Source: a virus (taxonomy: Duplodnaviria; Caudoviricetes). From it: a stretch of DNA of 63,477 bases. This document shows, piece after piece, positions 10,185 to 18,657 of this stretch. The stretch is from positions 1 to 63,477 of IMG/VR virus record IMGVR_UViG_3300009528_000014. The stretch is one strand, 5' to 3'. Within the stretch, counting starts at the first letter, position 1. Each line of letters opens with the position of its first letter. Position numbers and translations under genes: made by a program. The notes beneath the pieces are model-generated. The model was given only the letters and a program-made list of their open reading frames with translations, was not told the DNA's origin and searched no databases.

Positions 10185-11290
10185 TTTTTATCTTCCTTAA
10201 TCTCCTGTTCCTCTATGTTCAGGAACTCGAGCTGTTGGTCAATCTCATCCTTTTCTGAGGTCTTCTTTGCCTTCTTGCGTTTTGCAATGAGGTCAATCCG
10301 TTCTTTCGCTATCTCTTCAAGTTTTTTTAATTTCTCGTTCTTGTTGAGTGCGGGCTTTTCTTTCTCGCCATTCTTTTGAGGAGGTAGTCCCTTACCGTCC
10401 TGCTCTTTCGCTTCTTGTTCAGCATGAGTGATTTCTGCATCCGTGATGTCCTCGGGCTTGGTTTCAATGTTTATAATCTCAACGTCGGAATCAGGATTAC
10501 CTTCCTGAACGGCTTTACATGCCTGCTTCATCTGGGACATAGTTGCTATGTTCTTGAAGTAGAAAGGCTTGACGAGTGCCCTGTGGTATTTTGAGCCCGG
10601 GATTCTTTCCGCTTTGATATTACCCACAGTCATAGACGCCGTTCTTAATAGGGCATTGTTCCGGCAGATTGTGAAAGCCATCCTATCCGCCGTCTTTGTC
10701 CTCTGTATATTCTTCTTCCTGAGTTTTACTATCTCCGGGTCGTTTATGTTAATCCACATCCACATCTGACCCCGAGGGTCAATGCAATATTTTGCACTAT
10801 TTGGGTACGGGGGTGTCATGTTCTCGGTTCCCATTTGACCGGATTCGGGACATTTATCTATTAATTTTGATAGCTCCTCAACCCAGTACATACCGAGGTC
10901 AAGGCACAGGCTATTACTCACCACCTGCACTGCCCCCATCGGTGTATAACCGAACAACATAATAGCCACATACCACCTTGCAATAATTCCATGTTCTTTT
11001 TCGGCGTACGGATTGCTTCTTTGCATTCCATCGATTATCTGATAATTTATCGGGAAGTCGCTCACGCCTGAGATTTGATTCATTTTGTTGCAACCCTTAG
11101 CGCCAATCCCCCACTTAATAGAGTCGCCGAAGCCTATCGGATAAATCTCCCCCAACTCTTCCATTAGCCACATCTCAGCCTGCCCAGATATGAGCTCACC
11201 CTTGTCATTACGCCGGAGCCGGGTGATTTTGGTATCCCCTATCATAACGAGTTCGTTACCTTTAATTGTTAGTGATTTTTCTTTGTCCAT
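10181..11290 (-). CDS. Putative single-strand annealing/recombination protein
   Basis: Lies upstream of the Rad50-like ATPase and UvrD. Has a RecT-like segment (RMAFTICRNNAL) and a charged low-complexity tail. Family call is weak. Confidence 0.4.
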   Translation of the reverse strand: MDKEKSLTIKGNELVMIGDTKITRLRRNDKGELISGQAEMWLMEELGEIYPIGFGDSIKWGIGAKGCNKMNQISGVSDFPINYQIIDGMQRSNPYAEKEHGIIARWYVAIMLFGYTPMGAVQVVSNSLCLDLGMYWVEELSKLIDKCPESGQMGTENMTPPYPNSAKYCIDPRGQMWMWININDPEIVKLRKKNIQRTKTADRMAFTICRNNALLRTASMTVGNIKAERIPGSKYHRALVKPFYFKNIATMSQMKQACKAVQEGNPDSDVEIINIETKPEDITDAEITHAEQEAKEQDGKGLPPQKNGEKEKPALNKNEKLKKLEEIAKERIDLIAKRKKAKKTSEKDEIDQQLEFLNIEEQEIKEDKK

Positions 11291-11677
11291 TATTTACCTC
11301 TCATTTCTTTAATAACTTTATCAATCTTTTCTTTCGCCTCAAGCATAACCTTTCGTGTGTGCTCAAGTCGTTGGAGTAAATATTCCTTAGCCCATTTCAA
11401 TCTTTCGATTTCATTATACATGTCGAATTCCTTATCCGACATGCTCATAAACTTGTCGACATGGTCGCAAAGTATCGAAACGCCAGGCTTGCGAATACCC
11501 TTATGCTCCCTTGAACTAAAAACTATACCATGCCCGCTATCGGTAAACTGTATCTTCGGAATCTTGTTAAACTTCTCGGCTATCTTAGGGCTTGAGGTAT
11601 AAGATCTGTACCTTATATCTTCTGAATGTCTACAATCGGTATTGTAACCAACCAGTTCGTAGACCACCGTTCCCTCC

Positions 11678-12052
11678 TTATTTTATAATTCTAATTTTAT
11701 AAACAATATCTTCCTTTTGGTCTTCGGGTGCCAAAGTGTTCGTTCTGATATAAACCTTTTCACCCACGGATGGCCTATTATCGATATGTTCCCAATAAAG
11801 CGGATGGGCAGTACTGAATAAGTCTCCAGGCTGTAAGTCTTTAGCTTTTATCTTTGGCTTTCTATCGAGCTCAGGATAGCTACATATTTTATCTATTCCA
11901 TCTACGGCTTGGAGTATTTTTTCAAAATGTTTTTCTGTTTTTGGGAACGTACCGTACTGCTGAAGTAACTGCGTGTGAGTTTTAATAACGGTAAGTGAGT
12001 TTCTTATTTCTCCTGCGAATGTTTCTCGACCTTCCTTAAAAGACTGGCTCAT
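11678..12052 (-). CDS. Protein with a degenerate HisKA (DHp)-like N-terminal domain
   Basis: FAGEIRNSLTVIKTHTQLL...HFEKILQAVDGIDKI resembles the H-box consensus AHEIRNPL, with His replaced by Gly. Confidence 0.55.
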   Translation of the reverse strand: MSQSFKEGRETFAGEIRNSLTVIKTHTQLLQQYGTFPKTEKHFEKILQAVDGIDKICSYPELDRKPKIKAKDLQPGDLFSTAHPLYWEHIDNRPSVGEKVYIRTNTLAPEDQKEDIVYKIRIIK

Positions 12053-12273
12053 TCATCACCTCCACCAATAAATTATAACCGTCGCCGGGCGGGTCATGTC
12101 AATGCCGATATGCTCACGAAAACCCATATTATTTATCTTCATCATATAAAAGATTTCATATTGAATACGCTCATGTAGCATAAAGCATCTGAAATCACCC
12201 TTCCTTAATGCTTGAGCTTCCATAACCTCAAGATAGACTCGTTCGAGTTGCTTAAAATTCATCTATTCTCCTT

Positions 12274-12484
12274 ATCATCCATCTTTGGCGAGGCAGGGGG
12301 ATCACCCCTGTTTAACAGCCGTGCATATTGACTGCCTCGCATGCCGTCATTTCGTAAAACGGCATTCGTCCTAATCTCCTCTGCAACACCCGGGAGTATG
12401 GGCTGGACTACGGTTGCACTTAGGCGATCGCCACAACTTGAGTGATGAACTCTTGTGGTTATCTCCCCGCCAGAGATGGATGAC
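12274..12484 (-). ncRNA. Putative multi-hairpin structured RNA of about 210 nt
   Basis: Long closing stem plus at least 4 internal hairpins; the overlapping 81-aa ORF does not look like a real protein. Confidence 0.5.
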
Positions 12485-12493
12485 TTTAGTTTT

Positions 12494-12982
12494 TTAATGT
12501 TCACTTGACTCCCTTTCGACCACTTCTTTCAATCTATCCCTTTCGCACTTCAATTCTTCAATCTCCCTTTCCGCTTCTTCAAGCAGGGAGTTATCAATTT
12601 TCACTTTTTGAAAATGCTGATTTATTTTATGTGCTTCCTGCTCCCTCGGTATGCTTTTGCCCGTTGCCCAATTATGAATCGTCTGTCTTGACACTCCGGT
12701 TGCATTCTGTATTTCAGTAAGCTCAAGAAGGGCCCAGTTCCCTACCCTATACAACCTTTTCATTATGTCTGCGATTTTCTGCGAGTTTATTGTAGGAACT
12801 CCATGAACATAGGAAGGATTCTTTAAAATAAACTTTTCCATTTTTCTTTTCGTTCTCTTGCTTGGGTTGGACTTGCCCGAGAGAATCTTGGATACTGCCA
12901 TCGGGGTTAGCTTAAATTCATCGGCAAGCCCTCTTTGGCTCATTCCTTTATTTATTAGTATGTTCTTAATTTCATTTATCAT
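12494..12982 (-). CDS. Tandem Xre-type HTH regulator
   Basis: MSQRGLADEFKLTPMAVSKILSGKSNPS and IQNATGVSRQTIHNWATGKSIP. Confidence 0.85.
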   Translation of the reverse strand: MINEIKNILINKGMSQRGLADEFKLTPMAVSKILSGKSNPSKRTKRKMEKFILKNPSYVHGVPTINSQKIADIMKRLYRVGNWALLELTEIQNATGVSRQTIHNWATGKSIPREQEAHKINQHFQKVKIDNSLLEEAEREIEELKCERDRLKEVVERESSEH

Positions 12983-13132
12983 AGTATTCCCCCAAAAAGA
13001 AAGCGGGGCAATCGTTTGACTGCTCCGCTTGATACTACCACATAATGTATGGCATTATGTAAGACACACAAGAGGTATACAAATGTATGTCCTATAAGAT
13101 ATATTATGTTTCCACTTGTAAAAAGCATATAC

Positions 13133-13435
13133 TCATAAGACGGTATTTCCATTCCTGCCATCTGCCCATCTCCTTATTATCATGGTAGTTACGAAATCCA
13201 GAAAAGTCGATAAATCCATCTTTATATCCTGCCCAGTATTTTCCTTAAAATCTTTTTCCCAGTTCTTTATCGCCTTTAATAATGCCCGCTTTTTCTCCGG
13301 TGTTACTCTCATGTTTATCTTCTCTGTCTTTCTGTTTAATAAGAAATTGTCCCTTAGGAATATAAAGAACTCTTCTCTCCCGTTGTCCTCTTTTTCCAGA
13401 TACTTGAATATATGTTCAAGTGTTCTATCTTTCAT
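13133..13435 (-). CDS. Ribbon-helix-helix-like DNA-binding protein (likely start ATG 13435)
   Basis: KTEKINMRVTPEKKRALLKA...MDLSTFL pattern. Confidence 0.55.
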   Translation of the reverse strand: MKDRTLEHIFKYLEKEDNGREEFFIFLRDNFLLNRKTEKINMRVTPEKKRALLKAIKNWEKDFKENTGQDIKMDLSTFLDFVTTMIIRRWADGRNGNTVL

Positions 13436-13467
13436 AAAATCCAAATTTCATTATCCCCCATAAAGTG

Positions 13468-13520
13468 GAGAACACCACCGAGATGAGGACCTGACAAGTC
13501 AGGTTCCCGGTGGCGCCCTC
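13468..13520 (-). ncRNA. Long bulged hairpin, candidate antisense regulatory RNA
   Basis: 16-bp basal stem with G-U pairs that work only on the minus strand, a CCUCA bulge and an upper stem. Confidence 0.5.
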
Positions 13521-13530
13521 CTGAGAAAAG

Positions 13531-13561
13531 AAAAAAACCGATACAACTAATTTGTATCGGT
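13531..13561 (-). terminator. Intrinsic terminator/attenuator in the leader
   Basis: ACCGATACAA-ATTAG-TTGTATCGGT followed by a T run. Confidence 0.75.
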
Positions 13562-13617
13562 CTGATTTTTCTTCTTACTATTACTTGTTTTATCCTCATC
13601 TTACTCATCGCGTTTTC

Positions 13618-13646
13618 ATTATACCACAGGGTCTTTTATTTGTCAA
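13618..13646 (-). promoter_or_regulatory. Consensus sigma70 promoter
   Basis: TTGACA-17 nt-TATAAT with extended -10 TG. Confidence 0.9.
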
Positions 13647-13671
13647 GCAAAAAATGAAAATATTTTTTTTC

Positions 13672-14145
13672 TTACAAAACCTTCAGCTTGGTAATTTCAT
13701 TTTTTATTTCTTCTGGATTTTTAATTCCTTTAAAATTTACTTCTAATCCTCCTGTTGCCGAAGAACCCATTTCTATATCTCCTATTCGCAAAATACGCTG
13801 CATAATTGTTTGATTTAGATTTATACCTTTAATATCCTTTAATTCAATCTCTTGAGTTCTTTTAGAAATAATTCCCTTTTTCTCAATTACTCTTTTATTA
13901 GTGACAATAAATTTGAAAGACATTTTTTTTAGGACTGCGGAGAAAGTAAAAATTAATCCAAGTCCAATTATAAGACCAACTGATGCTAACATTTCAAGAA
14001 GTTTTAAAAAATCAAATTTTATTCCGTACCATATTAAGCCTACATTAAGTCCAATCAGAATAATCCATCCCAAAATTAATGAAGGTATCCAATTCAACCA
14101 TGATGGACTTAAATCATAAATTGTTTTTTCTTTCTCTTTTTCCAT
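13672..14145 (-). CDS. Membrane protein with bacterial PH domain (moron)
   Basis: Two TM segments followed by FIVTNKRVIEKKGIISKRTQEIELKDI...QRILRIGDI. Confidence 0.85.
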   Translation of the reverse strand: MEKEKEKTIYDLSPSWLNWIPSLILGWIILIGLNVGLIWYGIKFDFLKLLEMLASVGLIIGLGLIFTFSAVLKKMSFKFIVTNKRVIEKKGIISKRTQEIELKDIKGINLNQTIMQRILRIGDIEMGSSATGGLEVNFKGIKNPEEIKNEITKLKVL

Positions 14146-14177
14146 GTTTCCTTCTTATTTTTTAATTTGAAATAAAT

Positions 14178-14822
14178 TCATTGCAGAACTATTTTATAAT
14201 TGGAGATTGAATTGCTTCCCATTCTGGAATAAATCTTAATATATAAATCTTGCCGAGGATTTATGTCTCCAGTTTCAATATATTCGTCATTATTGTCGAT
14301 TTCATGGGATTCCCCGATTTTATTATATTCAGAATCGTATAATTCAATATCATAATTGCAAGTTGATGGAATCTGAATTAAATAAATTCTCAAAATTCCC
14401 AACTGACTTCTTTTGTAATAATCAACATCATTCAAATTATGAATTGTCCCTAAAATTACAGAGGAAAAAACAGCAGAAGCAGATAAAAAAGTATCATTGT
14501 ATTCATACATATCACCTGGCAAGGGTAATAATTCAAAATCCGCCCTTATCACTTTACCGAAAAATAGACACATGTCTTTAAACGATTTATGATAACCTTG
14601 CTTATCTGCTTTTAAAAGATAATTCGCGGGGTTCAACTCATCAATGATGTAGAATCCTTCCGAATCCGTCAAGGTACTTCTCTCCCCCATAACTATGCTG
14701 ATGGTGGCACCCTGAATAATATAGTCTCCGCTTTTAACATACCCCTCCACACTCTTCTCACCACAACCACAACTTGGCATAAGGAAAATGAGGAGAGAGA
14801 AAAAGAGTAACCGTCGTTTCAT
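14178..14822 (-). CDS. Lipoprotein with carboxypeptidase-regulatory-like and PPC-like domains (moron)
   Basis: Signal peptide with Cys (LMPSCGC); TLTDSEGFY...ADKQGY; DMYEYNDT...GTIHNLNDVDYY...NYDIELYD. Confidence 0.75.
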   Translation of the reverse strand: MKRRLLFFSLLIFLMPSCGCGEKSVEGYVKSGDYIIQGATISIVMGERSTLTDSEGFYIIDELNPANYLLKADKQGYHKSFKDMCLFFGKVIRADFELLPLPGDMYEYNDTFLSASAVFSSVILGTIHNLNDVDYYKRSQLGILRIYLIQIPSTCNYDIELYDSEYNKIGESHEIDNNDEYIETGDINPRQDLYIKIYSRMGSNSISNYKIVLQ

Positions 14823-14828
14823 GTTTCT

Positions 14829-14857
14829 ATTATATTTATAGTTTACATGTTTGTCAA
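14829..14857 (-). promoter_or_regulatory. Consensus sigma70 promoter, leaderless geometry
   Basis: TTGACA-17-TATAAT, then 6 nt, then the ATG at 14822. Confidence 0.9.
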
Positions 14858-14941
14858 GTAAATAATCAATAAACTTTGTTTTGTCAGTTTTTTTACTGGT
14901 TTGTAAAAAATCAGAAAGATATTCTACGAGAAGGAAGGGAA

Positions 14942-14964
14942 GGCGGGCTAATTGAAAGCCCGCC
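14942..14964 (-). terminator. Terminator hairpin ending the late/lysis operon
   Basis: GGCGGGCT/AGCCCGCC inverted repeat just after the holin stop. Confidence 0.65.
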
Positions 14965-14972
14965 CATTTGTG

Positions 14973-15257
14973 TTAAGCGGATTTTTTCTTAATCAAATCA
15001 AGCACGAACTTGACGGCTCCCGACACGATACCGGCAGCAAGTACACCGGTGATCAGAGCCGTTGGTATGTCCGTAAACATCTTGACCAGATAACCGAGAT
15101 ATGCAAACCCCAACCCCAGTACCTGAGCAAGTGCCATGATGATTTTGTTCTCAATCTCATCCGGCAGGAACGCCTTCGCACATTCGGTGAATGAGAAAAC
15201 AAGTACACCGATTACTAAGATGTTCTTAATCCCAACACTCGTCAAAAGCTCTTCCAT
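14973..15257 (-). CDS. Putative holin
   Basis: 94 aa, about 3 hydrophobic segments, basic C-terminus, next to the endolysin. Confidence 0.65.
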   Translation of the reverse strand: MEELLTSVGIKNILVIGVLVFSFTECAKAFLPDEIENKIIMALAQVLGLGFAYLGYLVKMFTDIPTALITGVLAAGIVSGAVKFVLDLIKKKSA

Positions 15258-15272
15258 AACTACCTCCTTGTT

Positions 15273-15878
15273 TTATTTTAAATATTCTCCCCATACCTTG
15301 AAGAGCAGATTACTATTTATACAATTATTCGGCGACGGAAGCGGGTCGTTTATGCCTTGTGAACTCAATATTATATCCTCAACTCTCGCCGAATCAAAGA
15401 CAATCTCATGGCAATGATAATGCGATCTACTCCCCAGCCCTATTCTAAAGATAGAAAACAAACAGAATATTAAGGCATACCAATCGTACTTCGCACCTAT
15501 GAATTGCTTTTTACGCTTGTTCCATTTAAAACAAACTAATCGGTAAAACTCGTCCGTTATATGATTTTGACGTTCCTCACTGATTTTCTCTTTTAGTCTC
15601 CATACTTCTATGTCCATTCTTTTTGTTTGTTTTTTCCACCACTTCTCATCAATCCTGTCCCTCGTAGCCCTCGGGGGATGGGCATGTATAATATATGATG
15701 GGTCTTTATCTATCATTCCGATATGGTTATACCCGTTAAGAACATCCGTGTTGTTTATCTTGCAGATTCGCTCATTCAGTTCTTGGGTATGACCCCCGAT
15801 ATTTTTAAACCAGCGGGTTTTACGATTGGTTTTCCATAGTAAATAATCCCCATGCTTTAAAATCCCGGAAGGTATCAT
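15273..15878 (-). CDS. Permuted papain-like (YiiX/YebB-type) NlpC/P60 enzyme
   Basis: HGDYLL...YNHIGM...KYDW...YHCHEIV, with His before Cys. Confidence 0.7.
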   Translation of the reverse strand: MIPSGILKHGDYLLWKTNRKTRWFKNIGGHTQELNERICKINNTDVLNGYNHIGMIDKDPSYIIHAHPPRATRDRIDEKWWKKQTKRMDIEVWRLKEKISEERQNHITDEFYRLVCFKWNKRKKQFIGAKYDWYALIFCLFSIFRIGLGSRSHYHCHEIVFDSARVEDIILSSQGINDPLPSPNNCINSNLLFKVWGEYLK

Positions 15879-16462
15879 TGTTCCTCCTTTAGGAATGGAT
15901 TGAAATAACCGGCTAATTTACGATCTGTCCGGGGATAAGGCCGGACCTTAATAAACGCATTATGCTTAATCGCATCCTCGACAGTCTTGGTGTTTTTTCC
16001 TCCGCCACTCGCCCCGATAGATAGCTTATCGTTTATGCAGTACTCCACATGACCCACGATTTCATTCTTTGGACCTCTCCAGTAGCAGACAACACAACCC
16101 TCAGACGGGATAGCCACCCTTTGCTTTTCAAATCTCTTCCATAACTGGTCAGCCGTCAGATCCTCATTCCTTCCGATTACCCCATTCATTCTTAGCTCTT
16201 CCACAATTAGTCCCGAGCAATCAAACAAAGGCCCATCGCCACTCCATCTATAATAGTTCCCCACAAACTTCATAAGGTAAGCCGTTGTGGCCGGGATCCT
16301 TATATCCACCTCGTTCCCGTTTCCATTGAAACTCTGAGCCACATCCATCAGCTCCTTAATCTCGCCCTTGAGGTAGGTAATCAGATCCAGAACCTTACCC
16401 AATGCCTCTGATAACTCATCCCCTATGTGTTTGACTGCTTCCATCCTTTTTTTCTTATCCAT
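15875..16462 (-). CDS. NlpC/P60 peptidoglycan endopeptidase (likely endolysin)
   Basis: YRWSGD..FDCSGL...TADQL...GHV. Confidence 0.85.
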   Translation of the reverse strand: MDKKKRMEAVKHIGDELSEALGKVLDLITYLKGEIKELMDVAQSFNGNGNEVDIRIPATTAYLMKFVGNYYRWSGDGPLFDCSGLIVEELRMNGVIGRNEDLTADQLWKRFEKQRVAIPSEGCVVCYWRGPKNEIVGHVEYCINDKLSIGASGGGKNTKTVEDAIKHNAFIKVRPYPRTDRKLAGYFNPFLKEEQ

Positions 16463-16463
16463 T

Positions 16464-18656
16464 TCAACCGTCCTTTCTGAAGGGATTCTCCCAGCATGAA
16501 GTGAGCTTTATCCTATCTATAAACTCCCGGGTCAGCCTCCTGTCCTCTTCTGTCTCATCCGGGTGCTTGGTTATGAAGCTCCCCGCTATCCTGACCCCGA
16601 ACTCCTGGCACCACTCCCCCACGCTCAAACCCTGCTCAACTGTGGTCTTTTTGTTAAATATGTCCAGAATTCTTTGAGAACCGCTCTCAAAGCCTATATA
16701 CAGCGCTCCACAGCCTGATTCTGCCATTATTCTGACCATCTCCCTGTCTAATGAGTCAACCCTCGATTCACAGTTATGAACCAACCCTGACTCTGTTACA
16801 TAGTTATTATTTTTTTCAACTTCAATATTAAAGACAGTCTCATTTAATTCAATCTCCTTGATGCTCCTTAATCTGGGATATAAAATATCATCCTTCAGGA
16901 TTGCCATGCTTTTCTTCCTATTATAAATTGAAATTCTATATATAATACCATTTGAAAATGAATCTTTTCCTTGAAAATTCTGACAAAAAGTAGAAATCTG
17001 CCCCAAGCGAAGAAGTATGGCTTGAACTTGAAGTGCAAGTTTTTTGGATGCTGTCGTGTAAGTCCTTATTATATCGAGATTTATCGAACGTTTTTCCCTA
17101 CAAACACAACCGTCGCCTCGCCACATAGATTCTATAATAATTTTTTGTTTCCACTTCGGTAAATACATAATAGATTGGACAAAATGTTTCTCCTGCGAAT
17201 GGTTATTAATGCAATATCTTTGAATAAAATTTGCCATCTTAACTGAATTTACCCTAACATAACGACTATTTATTCCTTTGTCAATATTTGATTTATTAGA
17301 TGAATTAGCTTGAAATTCTCGTTTTGCCAATTTCATTATTTCTTCTGCGAACTGAATTTCTTTATGATGTAATGAAAAACGCACATGATAATATTTAATT
17401 TCTCCATTTACATTCCTTTTGGTACTTAAATCCCCTTCAGCCATAAAATATCCCAGAAGCTTGCATCTATTCTCATTAAGCTCGGGGATGTCAGTTTCGC
17501 GATTGGAAATAGGTATCATAGTAAAAAACATTTTCTTAGACCATCTGCTTTTCAATTTCATATTCAAGTTAAATTTTTTAAATAATGAAGAAACTTTCAT
17601 AAAACAAGCCGAGGCTGATTCTAAAATCTTATAGCTTGAACCGGATTTTCTATATTTTCTCATGCTTTCTTTTCCTTCAATTATATAATATGGATGGTCT
17701 CCCGTAATCGTTATTGATGGAAGATAAACAAATTTTAGCTTATATACCTTATTTTTGTTTGGTATACGGATTAATTTTGTTACTTGTTTGTACTCAAATA
17801 AATTATCTTTCTCAGAATAAGATAATACCTTGTCACCCATTTTTATTTTCTGAATTTCACAAAATCCATTTTCTGTTCTTATTAGGGTATCTTTTCTCAA
17901 GCAAGCCCATTTAAGCCCTAAATGGCCTATTCCCTCGCTTATACCCAGAACCCTATCCCTATTCAATGTGAAGTTATCCTCCCGGAAGTACACCCCATCT
18001 ATACTGTATTTATTAATAAGACATTCTATATCCTTTATTACTTTATGGGCTGACATGTGGGTATACGTCCTGCCCCATATCTTCTTGACAGAACAGAACG
18101 AGCAGCTGAAGGGGCATCCCCGGGATGTGTTCATATTAAAGACCTTCCCCGGGAACCACGAAACGCTTGTCATATAGGGTTGACTTATGAAGCTCTCGTA
18201 ATCCGGCAGTTCAATAGCATCCAGATCTTTTATGCGCGGGGTCTTGATTATCCGCTCCTTTATCCTACCCTCAACCATGTCGCATATAACATCCTCGCCT
18301 TCCCCCTGGACTATATAATCGACTTCACTGGGTATCATGCCAGGGAAGACTGAGGCGTGAGGACCTCCGACCGCTATTTTAGTCATTCGCCCATTCCTTT
18401 TTCTTTTGGTATACTCAAGCAAATCCATAAACCCCACATAACAGGGAGTGTTCGCGTAAATGCCTATGAAGTCAAAGTCGTTAGGGTCAAAGCTGAAATC
18501 CCTTTTGAGATACTGGTCAATGAAAGTCACCTCATGCCCTGCCTTCTTCAGTATGGTCAGGAGAAAACCGATCCCTAAGGGAAAGCGCTTCTCGGTCAGT
18601 GAGAAGCCCGAGTTATTTACTTTCGGTTCCGGGGACGTCATCATCAAAACTCTCAA
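16464..18656 (-). CDS. Cobalamin-binding (class B) radical SAM enzyme with intein
   Basis: PLGIGFL...GGPHAS...GEGE...TSRGCPFSCSFC...GFESGSQRIL. Confidence 0.92.
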   Translation of the reverse strand: MRVLMMTSPEPKVNNSGFSLTEKRFPLGIGFLLTILKKAGHEVTFIDQYLKRDFSFDPNDFDFIGIYANTPCYVGFMDLLEYTKRKRNGRMTKIAVGGPHASVFPGMIPSEVDYIVQGEGEDVICDMVEGRIKERIIKTPRIKDLDAIELPDYESFISQPYMTSVSWFPGKVFNMNTSRGCPFSCSFCSVKKIWGRTYTHMSAHKVIKDIECLINKYSIDGVYFREDNFTLNRDRVLGISEGIGHLGLKWACLRKDTLIRTENGFCEIQKIKMGDKVLSYSEKDNLFEYKQVTKLIRIPNKNKVYKLKFVYLPSITITGDHPYYIIEGKESMRKYRKSGSSYKILESASACFMKVSSLFKKFNLNMKLKSRWSKKMFFTMIPISNRETDIPELNENRCKLLGYFMAEGDLSTKRNVNGEIKYYHVRFSLHHKEIQFAEEIMKLAKREFQANSSNKSNIDKGINSRYVRVNSVKMANFIQRYCINNHSQEKHFVQSIMYLPKWKQKIIIESMWRGDGCVCREKRSINLDIIRTYTTASKKLALQVQAILLRLGQISTFCQNFQGKDSFSNGIIYRISIYNRKKSMAILKDDILYPRLRSIKEIELNETVFNIEVEKNNNYVTESGLVHNCESRVDSLDREMVRIMAESGCGALYIGFESGSQRILDIFNKKTTVEQGLSVGEWCQEFGVRIAGSFITKHPDETEEDRRLTREFIDRIKLTSCWENPFRKDG
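16773..17903 (-). mobile_element. Intein (377 aa) with LAGLIDADG endonuclease
   Basis: CLRKDTLI...TGDHP...LLGYFMAEG...ESMWRGDG...GLVHN followed by Cys. Removing it restores WA-CESRVD. AT-rich relative to the exteins. Confidence 0.95.
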
Positions 18657-18657
18657 T

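Noticed and set aside
12286-12340. Canonical tRNA gene
   Set aside because: Too short, lacks a separate D arm and anticodon arm, and has no TTC loop. Kept only as a tRNA-like motif.
12505-12518. TTGA+CTCCCTTTC as an internal TnpB target
   Set aside because: Only 9 nt match in an SD-like polypyrimidine tract, which is expected by chance.
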